Source: a virus
Lineage: Duplodnaviria; Heunggongvirae; Uroviricota; Caudoviricetes
Strand: one strand, 5' to 3'
Virus record (IMG/VR): IMGVR_UViG_3300028603_000019
Coordinates: 131,877-195,876 of that record
DNA length: 64,000 nt
The notes below the pieces were generated by a model, which worked only from the letters and a program-made list of their open reading frames with translations, was not told where the DNA came from and did no database searches. Shown piece by piece: positions 14,806-24,319 of the stretch; the stretch's first letter is position 1; each line of letters begins with the position of its first letter. The position numbers and the translations under genes were made by a program.

Positions 14806-16296
14806 GTGATGACCGAAAAAATTGAAATCCAACACTACAATGAAGTCTATGTTCGTGTGAAGGCGGACATGAGTATCCTCCAGGAACTCACGGAATTTTT
14901 CATGTTCCGTCCGGCCGGGTTTCAATTCACTCCCAAGTTCAAGGCCAAGATCTGGGACGGTTACATCAGGCTCATTTCTCCCCATAAGCCCATTATATAC
15001 AAGGGCCTGATTGGACACCTCAAAAAATTCTGTGAAGATCGTGACTATGAGATCGTGATCGAGGATGGTCTATTTCCGACAGAGGAAGTTCCAGACGACT
15101 ATGGCTTTGACTTTGCCAAGGAAATCAATGCCACCCTTGAACCGAGAGATTACCAGAACCAGTATTTCGTGACAGCACTCCGAGAGGGCAGAACACTGTC
15201 ACTATCTCCTACATCCTCTGGTAAAAGTTTCATCATCCATCTCATAGTCCAATATTATTGGCGAGTGATGGGACTTCGGACCCTGATCATCGTCCCCACG
15301 ACAGGATTGGTAGATCAGATGGTGGGAGACTTCAAGTCTTATGGAGCCGATCCTGATATGCTCTACAAGATCCGTGGTGGCATTGACAAGGAGACTGATC
15401 TTCCTGTTGTGGTGTCCACGTGGCAATCTTTGTATAAGATGCCTTCAGAATATTTTGATCGCTTCGGGGTTGTGATCGGGGACGAGGCTCATCTCTTTTC
15501 AGCGAAGTCTCTTGTCGGCATCCTAGAAAAGATGGAACACGCCAGGTTCCGCTTCGGCTTCACGGGAACCATTTCTTCGGAATCGAAAACTCATCAGCTC
15601 GTCTTACAGGGTCTGTTTGGCCCCCTTGTCCGCTATGTAAAAACCAAGGATCTCATCGAATCCGGAACGGTAGCTGACTTCAAGGTGAAGGCCATAGTCC
15701 TGAAATATCCACAGAGCATCGTGGATGGTTTCAAGGCTGGACTTTCCAAAGTCAAGAAGGAAAAGAGGTACCACACCGAACGTGAATTTTTGGTTTCCAA
15801 CACCCGAAGGAATACCTTCATAAGAAACCTGGTCTGGTCACTGAAGGATCAGAATAATTTGATCCTCTTTGACTTGGTAGAGAAGCACGGAAAAGTCCTG
15901 AAAGAACTATTTGAAACTGAAGGTCGTATTCTTCATTTCATGACAGGAGCATCCTCAGTTGAGGAACGCGAATCGGTAAGGCACACCGTAGAAGATGATC
16001 CTCTCAAGAGACATGATATCCTGGCATCATATCAGTTATTCTCAACCGGTGTGAATATCAAGAGACTTGATAACGTAATATTCGCATCAGGATCACAATC
16101 TGAAATCAGGGTTCTTCAGAGTATTGGCAGAACCCTGAGGAAAGGGAATGGATCGGATAATGCCACATTGTATGATATCGGGGATGATTTGAGTAAGGGA
16201 TCATATACCAACTATACCATGAAGCACATGGAAAAGAGGTTGGAGATTTATGCTTCAGAAGGGTTCCCATTCAAGATATTCAAGGTTGATCTTTGA
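14806..16296 (+). CDS. uvsW: SF2 DNA helicase UvsW
   Basis: WDGYIRL, PRDYQ, SPTSSGKS, GDEAH, FSTGVNIK, QSIGRTLR. Confidence 0.96.
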   Translation: MMTEKIEIQHYNEVYVRVKADMSILQELTEFFMFRPAGFQFTPKFKAKIWDGYIRLISPHKPIIYKGLIGHLKKFCEDRDYEIVIEDGLFPTEEVPDDYGFDFAKEINATLEPRDYQNQYFVTALREGRTLSLSPTSSGKSFIIHLIVQYYWRVMGLRTLIIVPTTGLVDQMVGDFKSYGADPDMLYKIRGGIDKETDLPVVVSTWQSLYKMPSEYFDRFGVVIGDEAHLFSAKSLVGILEKMEHARFRFGFTGTISSESKTHQLVLQGLFGPLVRYVKTKDLIESGTVADFKVKAIVLKYPQSIVDGFKAGLSKVKKEKRYHTEREFLVSNTRRNTFIRNLVWSLKDQNNLILFDLVEKHGKVLKELFETEGRILHFMTGASSVEERESVRHTVEDDPLKRHDILASYQLFSTGVNIKRLDNVIFASGSQSEIRVLQSIGRTLRKGNGSDNATLYDIGDDLSKGSYTNYTMKHMEKRLEIYASEGFPFKIFKVDL

Positions 16297-16520
16297 TTTC
16301 CGTCCGACCCTGAATCAATGGACTGGCGTCCATGAGGCTTCGCCTCGTCCCTGTAATTACATGATTCTTGATTTTCCTAGATTCATATAGACAGTGATTC
16401 GGCCCCAAAAAGAATAATCAAGACCTAATACATTATCTCCTTCCCGATTTCCCGGTGGGACATCCTTATTTTACCACGGTTTTCCAGTAGTGTCAAGCCA
16501 GAAAATCAAGAAAAGTGGAG
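16293..16520 (-). repeat. Dispersed promoter-led non-coding element, copy 3 (inverted)
   Basis: Minus strand TTGACA-N17-TAAAAT (16496-16468); 31-mer at 16317-16347; TCGGACGGAAATCAA module at 16293-16307; first ~90 nt almost identical to copy 2. Confidence 0.92.
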
Positions 16521-16585
16521 ATTATTTTGGGCCAAATCATGGTCCTAATAACCATCACTTTCTGAAATCAAAACCCAAACAGTGG

Positions 16586-16626
16586 TTTACAATAAACCCG
16601 AACTGTGTTACCTTAAAACCTAAATA
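16586..16626 (+). promoter_or_regulatory. Sigma70-type promoter plus late-type CTAAATA upstream of gp55
   Basis: TTTACA-N17-TACCTT (16586-16614); CTAAATA (16620-16626). Confidence 0.55.
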
Positions 16627-16646
16627 CAGGCAATGAATAATCCATA

Positions 16647-17204
16647 ATGAGCATAGAGAAAAAACCTAAGCGGAATTACGTGAATAATGCCGATTTTTAT
16701 GAAGCATTGAAGAAACACAGGACCGCCTGTCAAGCGGCCAGAGATTCCGATAAGCCCCTACCACAAGTCCCGAATTATCTCGGAGAGTGTCTCCTTCAGA
16801 TCGCGACTAATTTGGCCCGGCGACCTAACTTTTCTGGATATGCGTATCGGGAAGACATGATTATGGACGGCGTGGAAAACGCCCTTCGGTACATAGAATC
16901 TTTTGATCCCAACAGGACGAAAAACCCATTTGGATATTTCACGAAAGTGATATGGTTCAGGTTCATCCGAAAAATCAAGGATGAGAAGAAACAACTCTAT
17001 GTCAGGTTCAAGAACTCACAGAGTCTCCTATCCGGTCAAGGAACGTTTGAAGCCGGACAAGAGGAGGTCCAGATGAACCTCTCCAATTCGGTAGACTACA
17101 TGAATGCGTTCATCGAGGAATTTGAGGAAAAGAACTTCGGGAAGAAGAACATCAAAGCCTCGGACCTGGATAGAGAAGCGGAAGAAGCCAAAAAGAATGA
17201 GTGA
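16647..17204 (+). CDS. gp55: Sigma factor for late transcription
   Basis: NYVNNADF, NFSGYAYREDMIMDG, FDPNRTKNPFGYFT..W..FIRKIKDEKKQ. Confidence 0.95.
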   Translation: MSIEKKPKRNYVNNADFYEALKKHRTACQAARDSDKPLPQVPNYLGECLLQIATNLARRPNFSGYAYREDMIMDGVENALRYIESFDPNRTKNPFGYFTKVIWFRFIRKIKDEKKQLYVRFKNSQSLLSGQGTFEAGQEEVQMNLSNSVDYMNAFIEEFEEKNFGKKNIKASDLDREAEEAKKNE

Positions 17205-18237
17205 TCGTGTAGCCATTCTCTGTGATACTCACTTTGGAGTGAAGGGTGATTCCAAAGTGTTCCTGGATCATCAGGAGAGGTTCTTTCGGGATATATTTTT
17301 TCCATACCTTGAAGCAAATGAAATCACGACCATCCTACATTTGGGAGATGTATTTGATCGACGGAAGAATATCAATTTCTACACGTTTTCCAGGGTCAAG
17401 GAATTTTTCTTGGAGAAACTGGTTCCATACGATTTTCATGCCGTCGTTGGAAATCACGACACATTCTTCACAAACACGAACGAAGTCAATTCTCCAGCCC
17501 TTCTCCTAGGAAATTTCATCGACCCTTCTCAAGTGTATGTCAATGAACCCAAGGAATTGAAATTCGGTAAAACCAAGGTAATCATGTGCCCTTGGTTGAC
17601 TCGTGAAAATACTGAACAGTGCCTGTCCACAGTCGCGAAATCCAAGGCTCATATTCTCATGGGTCATTTTGAGATGAAGGGATTTGAGTTTCTGAAAGGA
17701 ATCAAATCTGAACATGGACTGGATGCAAAATTGTTCAGGAACTTTGAGGGTGTGTATTCCGGACACTTTCATCACCAATCCAAACAAGCAAATATCCATT
17801 ATCTGGGCACACCATATCAAATGACGTGGGCCGACTTCGGAGAAACGAAGGGATTTCATGTTCTGAATACCAATACCAGAGACTTGGAATTCATTCCCAA
17901 TCCACACGATATATTTCATAAGATCATCTATGATGGTGACGATACCGAGATACCTGATCTGGATAACTCCTACGTGAGACTGGTCGTGAAAGATCGAGGA
18001 GATTTATCAAACTTTGAGCAATATATTTCCAAGCTCAATGATTCGGGAGCCGTCGATATCAAAGTCATTGAAGATCCGAGCCTGATCATCGACTCGGTTG
18101 GAGATTTGGAACTCGACGAAACAATCACCACTCAAGAATTTTTGCACCAATACATAGATCAGGTCGAGACCAAGGTAGACAAGACCAAAATCAAGATAGT
18201 CATAGACGAGTTATACAAGAAAGCCCTGGCCGCCTAA
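17197..18237 (+). CDS. gp47: Recombination endonuclease, Mre11/SbcD-like
   Basis: DTHFG, GDVFD, GNHD, GHFE, SGHFH; start reassigned to MSDRV. Confidence 0.95.
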   Translation: MSDRVAILCDTHFGVKGDSKVFLDHQERFFRDIFFPYLEANEITTILHLGDVFDRRKNINFYTFSRVKEFFLEKLVPYDFHAVVGNHDTFFTNTNEVNSPALLLGNFIDPSQVYVNEPKELKFGKTKVIMCPWLTRENTEQCLSTVAKSKAHILMGHFEMKGFEFLKGIKSEHGLDAKLFRNFEGVYSGHFHHQSKQANIHYLGTPYQMTWADFGETKGFHVLNTNTRDLEFIPNPHDIFHKIIYDGDDTEIPDLDNSYVRLVVKDRGDLSNFEQYISKLNDSGAVDIKVIEDPSLIIDSVGDLELDETITTQEFLHQYIDQVETKVDKTKIKIVIDELYKKALAA

Positions 18238-18240
18238 TTC

Positions 18241-19959
18241 ATGCACATTCACTTCCAAAAAATCAGGTACCAGAATCTCCTGTCTGTTGGCGATCATCCC
18301 GTCGAGGTAAATCTGGAGAAGTCTCGAACCGTTCTCATATCAGGTAAAAACGGACATGGAAAATCCACGCTCTGTGAAGCCCTTGTCTTTGGCCTGTATG
18401 GGAAACCGTTTCGGAAAATCAACAAACCTCAACTGGTAAACTCCATAAACAAGAAGGGTCTCCTGGTTGAAATATGGTTCAGGATAGGTGGTGATGAATA
18501 CCTGGTAAAACGTGGCATCAAGCCTAACATTTTGGAGATTGAGAAGAACGGGAGCCCTCTGGACAAGGATGCTGCTACCAGAGACCAACAGGAATATCTG
18601 GAAGACAAAATTCTTCGGATGTCAGCAAAGTCATTCACTCAAATCGTGATCCTTGGTTCGGCAGTCTACACTCCATTCATGGACCTGGCGGCTGCACAGA
18701 GGCGTGAAATTATTGAGGACCTTCTGGATATTCAAGTGTTCTCGGTTATGGCTGGTCTCCTGAAGGAGAAAATCGGTGATAATAAGGCGGCACTGACTTC
18801 TACCAATCACGAATTGGACCTGGTGAAGGTTCGTTTGGATTCAGCAGTCGAGAATCGCGATAACATCCAAAAAATGCTATCTGAGGAAACCGACAAAATC
18901 AAGTCTCAGATGAATGAACATGTCTCGACGATTGAGACCGAGATGAGACAAATCAAGGTTCTTGAAGAGGAAATGTCAGACCTCGAAAACACGATCACCG
19001 ATAAGGATCAAGTCACCTCCGAAATTCAAAGCATCAAGAAGGTGATTCGCGACCTTGAATTCAAACAAAAAACACTTCGGGATGAGATCCAATTCTATGA
19101 CGACCACGAGAATTGTCCGACCTGCAAGCAGTCCATAACGGAAAAATTCAAGGAAAATCTGGTATCAACAAGGAAGTCCAACCTATCAGAGATAGAGGCA
19201 GGCATCAATAAATTAACCACTCGTCTTGACGTTGCAGAAAATAGACTTCAAGTGATATCAGGGGTTGCAGATAAGATCACTTCGGTATATAATCAGGTAT
19301 CAGAGCACAAGATCAATATACGGATCTCCAAAAGTGCTCTACAAGACTTGAAGCAGAAGCTGGAGACCTCTTCTGAAGCCGAACTTCAAGATCAACACGA
19401 ATCCAAAATCAAAGAGTTGGAAGATTCCAAGAGGAAATTGCTTCGGGCTCAATCTGGTCACCTCGAGGACAAGGACGTCCTTTCCGTCGTGACTGCCATG
19501 CTCAAGGATACGGGCATCAAGACTAGTATCATCCGGCAGTATGTCCCGATCATGAACCAGATGATCAACAAATACCTTTCCAGGTTTGAACTGTTCGTTG
19601 ACTTCAATCTGGACGAGACTTTCAACGAGACCATAAAATCTCGGCACCGCGATGCGTTCTCATTCAGCTCTTTCTCAGAGGGTGAGAAGATGAGAATCAA
19701 TCTCAGCATCATGTTCGCGTGGCGAGCTATTGCGAAAATGAGAAACTCGGTATCAACGAACATCTTGTTCCTCGACGAGATTCTCGACGGGCCCAGCGAC
19801 TCGGAAGGTGTAGAAAATCTCATCGACATCATCAACACGATGGGCGACAATGATAACATCTTCGTGATCTCCCATAGATCAGATACCTTTGCCGAGAAAT
19901 TTGAACAGCACCTTCAGTTTGAGAAAGTGCGGAACTTCACGTTTGTAGCAGGAACTTAA
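18241..19959 (+). CDS. gp46: Recombination ATPase, Rad50/SbcC-like
   Basis: GKNGHGKST, CPTC Zn hook, FSEGEKMR, LFLDEILD. Confidence 0.96.
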   Translation: MHIHFQKIRYQNLLSVGDHPVEVNLEKSRTVLISGKNGHGKSTLCEALVFGLYGKPFRKINKPQLVNSINKKGLLVEIWFRIGGDEYLVKRGIKPNILEIEKNGSPLDKDAATRDQQEYLEDKILRMSAKSFTQIVILGSAVYTPFMDLAAAQRREIIEDLLDIQVFSVMAGLLKEKIGDNKAALTSTNHELDLVKVRLDSAVENRDNIQKMLSEETDKIKSQMNEHVSTIETEMRQIKVLEEEMSDLENTITDKDQVTSEIQSIKKVIRDLEFKQKTLRDEIQFYDDHENCPTCKQSITEKFKENLVSTRKSNLSEIEAGINKLTTRLDVAENRLQVISGVADKITSVYNQVSEHKINIRISKSALQDLKQKLETSSEAELQDQHESKIKELEDSKRKLLRAQSGHLEDKDVLSVVTAMLKDTGIKTSIIRQYVPIMNQMINKYLSRFELFVDFNLDETFNETIKSRHRDAFSFSSFSEGEKMRINLSIMFAWRAIAKMRNSVSTNILFLDEILDGPSDSEGVENLIDIINTMGDNDNIFVISHRSDTFAEKFEQHLQFEKVRNFTFVAGT

Positions 19960-22502
19960 TGACAACCAACTTTTACACTTCGGTCGAACGTCATGGGAAT
20001 AACATACTCTGGAGAGGATACCAGAACGATAAAGCTTTCATCAAAAAGGTGAGGTTTGAGCCTAGCTTGTTTCTTCCGAGTAAAGACAACAACTCTGAAT
20101 ACAAGACCCTGATCGGAGAGAAACCTCTGAACAGAAAGCAATTCGATTCCATGGGCGACATGCGCGAGTTCATGGTTCAACACGGTGGCGTAGGAAACTT
20201 CTCGGTTTATGGGACGACCAATTGTGTTACCCAATTCATTCAGGAACAATATCCTACCGAAATTAAGTTTGATGCTAGTCTCCTGAATATATTGACTTTT
20301 GATATTGAGGTCGATATTTCAGAGTCCTTTGCTGATATCGCGATCGCAGACAAGACCATCCTCTCGATTGCCATGAAATCTTCCAGAACCGGGACCTATC
20401 ATGTCTTGGGCCTCAAGGATTATGACAAGAATCAGACAATATCCGGGATTAATCCCGGGGATATCAACTTCCAAAAATTCGACACCGAGGAAGCCCTGTT
20501 GGTCCGGTTCATCAATCTCTGGAAGTATTCCTATCCAGATATTGTGACCGGTTGGAACGTGACCTACTTCGATATCCAATACGTGGTAACTCGAATCATC
20601 AGGCTCCTCGGTGAAGACAAAGCAAGTGAACTGTCTCCATGGGGGAATATCAAGAAGTTCACCAAGAAGATATACAATCGGGATCAATCTTCATATCATA
20701 TCGCCGGTGTAGCTATCGTTGACTTCATGGACGCCTTCAAGAAGTTCGGCTACAAATTTGGGAACCAACCATCATATCGTCTTGATCACATAGCTCATGT
20801 CGTTTTGGGTCGCAAGAAGATTGATTACTCGGAGTATGGTTCACTATCAGAACTCTATGAACAGAATCCACAGTTGTATCTGGACTATAACCTCGTGGAC
20901 GTTGAACTGGTCGTTGCCATGGAAGAGGAAACGGCACTTCTCGAATTGGTGGCCACGATTGCCTATAGTAGCGGTGTGAATTTTGAAGATGCATTTGGAA
21001 CAGTGGTCCTTTGGGAAAGTGAACTGTATCGAAAAATGTTAGAGAAGGGTTTAATACCGGACGCGAAAACCGAATCTCGAAATCAATCTTTAGCACTTGC
21101 CGGTGGATATGTAAAAGATCCTATAGTGGGACTATTGCGATATGGGGTAACAGTTGACCTCGATTCTCTGTATCCTCACCTGTTTCTTCAGTATAACATG
21201 TCTCCAGAGACGTATATACCTGATTTGAAGTTTGAGGTAAATCCAGATATTGTGTTATCGGGTCAATTCAGAAATAATAGTGATGAATATGCGGTAGCCG
21301 CGAACGGAGCATGTTTCTCCAAGAAGAAACTAGGTATCATTCCAGAAATCATTGAAACGACATATGCCCGTCGAAAAGAAGCAAAGCGAGAAATGCTTGT
21401 AATTGAAGATGAAATAGAACATATCAAAGATGAACACGAAAAGAAGGCAAAGAAAAAGCAAGCCCTACAGCTTCATAATATTCAGATGGCGCTAAAAATT
21501 AAAATGAACGCTCTGTATGGGGCTACAGCCAACAAGCATTTCCAATACTTTATTCATGCGATGGCAGAAGCTATTACACTATCCGGTCAGCTTTCAAATA
21601 GATGGGCAGCCAAGACCATAAATGAGTATTTGAATGGGGTTTTGGATACCAAGAATAAAGACTACATCTTCTATGGGGATACAGATAGTCTTTTCATTTC
21701 CCTTGAGGACATGGTAAGGAAGTTCTTGGATGTTGATAATTCATCTCGCGAGAAGATCGAGAAATTCATCGATCAAGTTTGTCAGGTCAAGATTGAACCT
21801 GTAATCCGGACCTGTTATGAAGACCTTGCCGAAGTCATGGGCGCATATCGAAATGCGATGAACATGTCTCGTGAGAAAATCTTTGACAGCATCATTATGC
21901 TTTCCAAGAAGAAATATCTTGCGAGTGTCTGGAACTCCGAAGGTGTTCATTATCCAGACCCCAAGATTTCTGTGACCGGGATTGAAGCAGTAAGATCATC
22001 CACTCCAGAAGCCTGTAAGGAGAAAATGACTGAAGCCTTCAAGATCTTCCTGAATGGCAAAGAGGAAGATGCCCAGGAATATATCCTGAATTTCAAGGAT
22101 GAGTTTATGTCCTTGCCGTATCATGAAGTGTCCATGAATTCCGGAACAAATGACCTCGAAAAATACACTGATGACAAAGGATGGTACAAAAAAGGTTGCC
22201 CTATCCACGTAAGAGGTGCTATACTGTATAACAAGAGGCTCCGAGAGCTGAAATTGGATCATAAATACGAGATAGTCCAGTCTGGCGATAAAGTCAAGAT
22301 GGCCTATCTCAAGATGCCAAACCCTCTTCACGAGAATGTGATCAGCTTTCCCGGGACGCTTCCGGCCGCGATGAATCTTCAAGATTACATCGACTACGAG
22401 ACCCAATTCAAGAAGGTCTTCGTCGGCCCCCTTGAGACCATCATGAATGCCCGTGGCTGGTCCGTGGAAAAGCAAGACACTCTCGAAGATTTTTTCGGAT
22501 AA
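19959..22502 (+). CDS. gp43: Family B DNA polymerase
   Basis: DIEVD, GWNVTYFDIQY, DLDSLYP, KMNALYG, YGDTDS, KKKY. Confidence 0.97.
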   Translation: MTTNFYTSVERHGNNILWRGYQNDKAFIKKVRFEPSLFLPSKDNNSEYKTLIGEKPLNRKQFDSMGDMREFMVQHGGVGNFSVYGTTNCVTQFIQEQYPTEIKFDASLLNILTFDIEVDISESFADIAIADKTILSIAMKSSRTGTYHVLGLKDYDKNQTISGINPGDINFQKFDTEEALLVRFINLWKYSYPDIVTGWNVTYFDIQYVVTRIIRLLGEDKASELSPWGNIKKFTKKIYNRDQSSYHIAGVAIVDFMDAFKKFGYKFGNQPSYRLDHIAHVVLGRKKIDYSEYGSLSELYEQNPQLYLDYNLVDVELVVAMEEETALLELVATIAYSSGVNFEDAFGTVVLWESELYRKMLEKGLIPDAKTESRNQSLALAGGYVKDPIVGLLRYGVTVDLDSLYPHLFLQYNMSPETYIPDLKFEVNPDIVLSGQFRNNSDEYAVAANGACFSKKKLGIIPEIIETTYARRKEAKREMLVIEDEIEHIKDEHEKKAKKKQALQLHNIQMALKIKMNALYGATANKHFQYFIHAMAEAITLSGQLSNRWAAKTINEYLNGVLDTKNKDYIFYGDTDSLFISLEDMVRKFLDVDNSSREKIEKFIDQVCQVKIEPVIRTCYEDLAEVMGAYRNAMNMSREKIFDSIIMLSKKKYLASVWNSEGVHYPDPKISVTGIEAVRSSTPEACKEKMTEAFKIFLNGKEEDAQEYILNFKDEFMSLPYHEVSMNSGTNDLEKYTDDKGWYKKGCPIHVRGAILYNKRLRELKLDHKYEIVQSGDKVKMAYLKMPNPLHENVISFPGTLPAAMNLQDYIDYETQFKKVFVGPLETIMNARGWSVEKQDTLEDFFG

Positions 22503-22523
22503 TCCCATTGGAGATGTAATGAA

Positions 22524-22946
22524 ATGACGACAAAGAAAGCTTCATCGGTCCCTGATACGTCAAAGACCTACGACGACTGCATGGACATATATGATGAGAA
22601 CAAGGAAAACCAGGAAGAATTTAGAGCCGGGACCCTGGCCGACTTCCTTGGTATCCCTCATACTCCACAAACCGTGGAAGATGCCAAGAGGGAACTGGCA
22701 CTGGTAAAGCCTGGGGTCGTGAACAATTGGGAAGATCACTGGAAAGGGATGCCCGACTATGTAAACGAGGACAAGACCCCAATCAAGAAGATGTTGGTAA
22801 CCTTCTATACCGAAGAGGCAATCCAGGAATTTGCCGAACTGGTCGGTCAGAAGATTACCAAGAAAACTCGGAGCATGTCCTATCCGGCTCAAGAGAAAGA
22901 TGCCAATTCTCTGAGACGCTGGATCGACGAAAGTGAGGACGTGTAA
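22524..22946 (+). CDS. Acidic hypothetical protein preceding the glycosyltransferase
   Basis: 140-aa ORF; WKGMPDY and FAELVGQKIT segments; operonic. Confidence 0.7.
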   Translation: MTTKKASSVPDTSKTYDDCMDIYDENKENQEEFRAGTLADFLGIPHTPQTVEDAKRELALVKPGVVNNWEDHWKGMPDYVNEDKTPIKKMLVTFYTEEAIQEFAELVGQKITKKTRSMSYPAQEKDANSLRRWIDESEDV

Positions 22947-22948
22947 TC

Positions 22949-23875
22949 ATGGCGACTCCAGAACACTTGATGCCGCATCACCCGATCTATGTGATTTCAA
23001 AGGGTCGATCATTTCGGAAACCACATACGGTAAAAGCCCTGGAAGATCTTGGGGTTCCGTTTTACGTCGTCGTTGAAACCCATGAAATAGACAGCTACAG
23101 GAAAGTGGTAAAAGATCCAGACTGTGTCCTATCCACGGGCTTCTCTAATCACGGAATGGGCAGCGGACCGGCCAGAAATTGGTGTTGGGAACACTCCATT
23201 TCCATCGGTGCCAGATACCATTGGATCATGGACGATAACATCGTTGATTTTCGAAGATTCCACTACAATCAGCGAATCAGGCTAAATACAGGTTCCTTCT
23301 TCAGGGCTTGTGAGGAATTTGTGGACAGATATGAGAACGTCCCACTGTCTGGTCTTCAATACAAGATGTTCATCTCTGACAATAACAAATACGGGGCCTA
23401 TCAGCTGAATACCCGGCTCATGTCCTGTATTCTGATCGAGAACAGTTTTCCGCATCGGTGGCGCGGAAAATATAACGAGGACGTAGACATTTCCTTGAGG
23501 GCACTCAAGGATGGCTACTGCACAATCTTGTTCAATGCCTTCCTCTGCGACAAGCTAAATACCCAGGTAGTCAAGGGCGGAAACACGGCCGAATTTTATG
23601 ACCATGAAGGAACATTCAACAAGTCCAAGATGCTGGTCGATCTCCATCCTGATGTGGTAACCATGGCCTATCGGTATGGAAGATGGCACCACCATGTCGA
23701 TATGTCTTCGTTCAAGAGAAATAACAAGCTCAAGTTCCGGGAAGGTTTCCAGATGCCAAACGGGATCAATGAATATGGCATGGTCCTTGTGGAAGATTAT
23801 GGACTTCCAACACAACATCGTGTCGATAAACCGTCTCCTCGAGGGACCATGAAACGTGAGAAGTTGCGAGCATGA
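22949..23875 (+). CDS. GT-A fold glycosyltransferase, TET-associated (TAGT)/GREB1-like; probable DNA modification
   Basis: PIYVISKGR, ARNWCWEHS, HWIMDDNI (DxD-type), YNEDVD. Confidence 0.75.
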   Translation: MATPEHLMPHHPIYVISKGRSFRKPHTVKALEDLGVPFYVVVETHEIDSYRKVVKDPDCVLSTGFSNHGMGSGPARNWCWEHSISIGARYHWIMDDNIVDFRRFHYNQRIRLNTGSFFRACEEFVDRYENVPLSGLQYKMFISDNNKYGAYQLNTRLMSCILIENSFPHRWRGKYNEDVDISLRALKDGYCTILFNAFLCDKLNTQVVKGGNTAEFYDHEGTFNKSKMLVDLHPDVVTMAYRYGRWHHHVDMSSFKRNNKLKFREGFQMPNGINEYGMVLVEDYGLPTQHRVDKPSPRGTMKREKLRA

Positions 23876-24315
23876 CATTTCAGGTTGAAGTAAAGAATGT
23901 GGCCACGAAGAATCCGGTCTACCTACGAGCGTCGGTAGATCCTAGATACTGGGAAGACGGTGAAGTCAATGGGGTTCCTGATGATGAGAATTACCCAAAG
24001 ATGCCATTTGTATCTGATCAACGGACCGAGTGGAATATCACTATTGATCTGGAAACGGGTGTGATTATTGGTTGGCCGCGAGGAACAACGGCCAAGGTTC
24101 ACTATGAGGTCTGTGACGCCGGAAGATATGATCTCCTGGATGCCGACGTGAACCTAATACATTCTCACTATGGCTATGTTCCTAGAATCATGTGTCCATC
24201 AGAAAATGGCTACGGAGACTATGTTATCATGAACATTGACGAGAATGGACAAATCCTGAATTGGATCTGCAACAATCGCCTTCTTCAAGACATAGTAAAT
24301 CTAGGAGAGGACTAA
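23872..24315 (+). CDS. Hypothetical protein
   Basis: ATGA overlap with the upstream gene; VDPRYWED and HYEVCDAGRY. Confidence 0.7.
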   Translation: MTFQVEVKNVATKNPVYLRASVDPRYWEDGEVNGVPDDENYPKMPFVSDQRTEWNITIDLETGVIIGWPRGTTAKVHYEVCDAGRYDLLDADVNLIHSHYGYVPRIMCPSENGYGDYVIMNIDENGQILNWICNNRLLQDIVNLGED

Positions 24316-24319
24316 AACA

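Noticed and set aside
9536-16520. Repeat copies as a CRISPR array or CRISPR-repeat mimic
   Set aside because: Copies are kilobases apart, with no regular repeat-spacer periodicity and no cas genes; the 31-mer resembles no repeat family I know.
21000-21700. Apparent AT-richer stretch inside gp43 suggesting an intein, intron or swapped segment
   Set aside because: The protein is normal length with continuous polB motifs and no intein signatures; the composition shift could not be quantified by eye.
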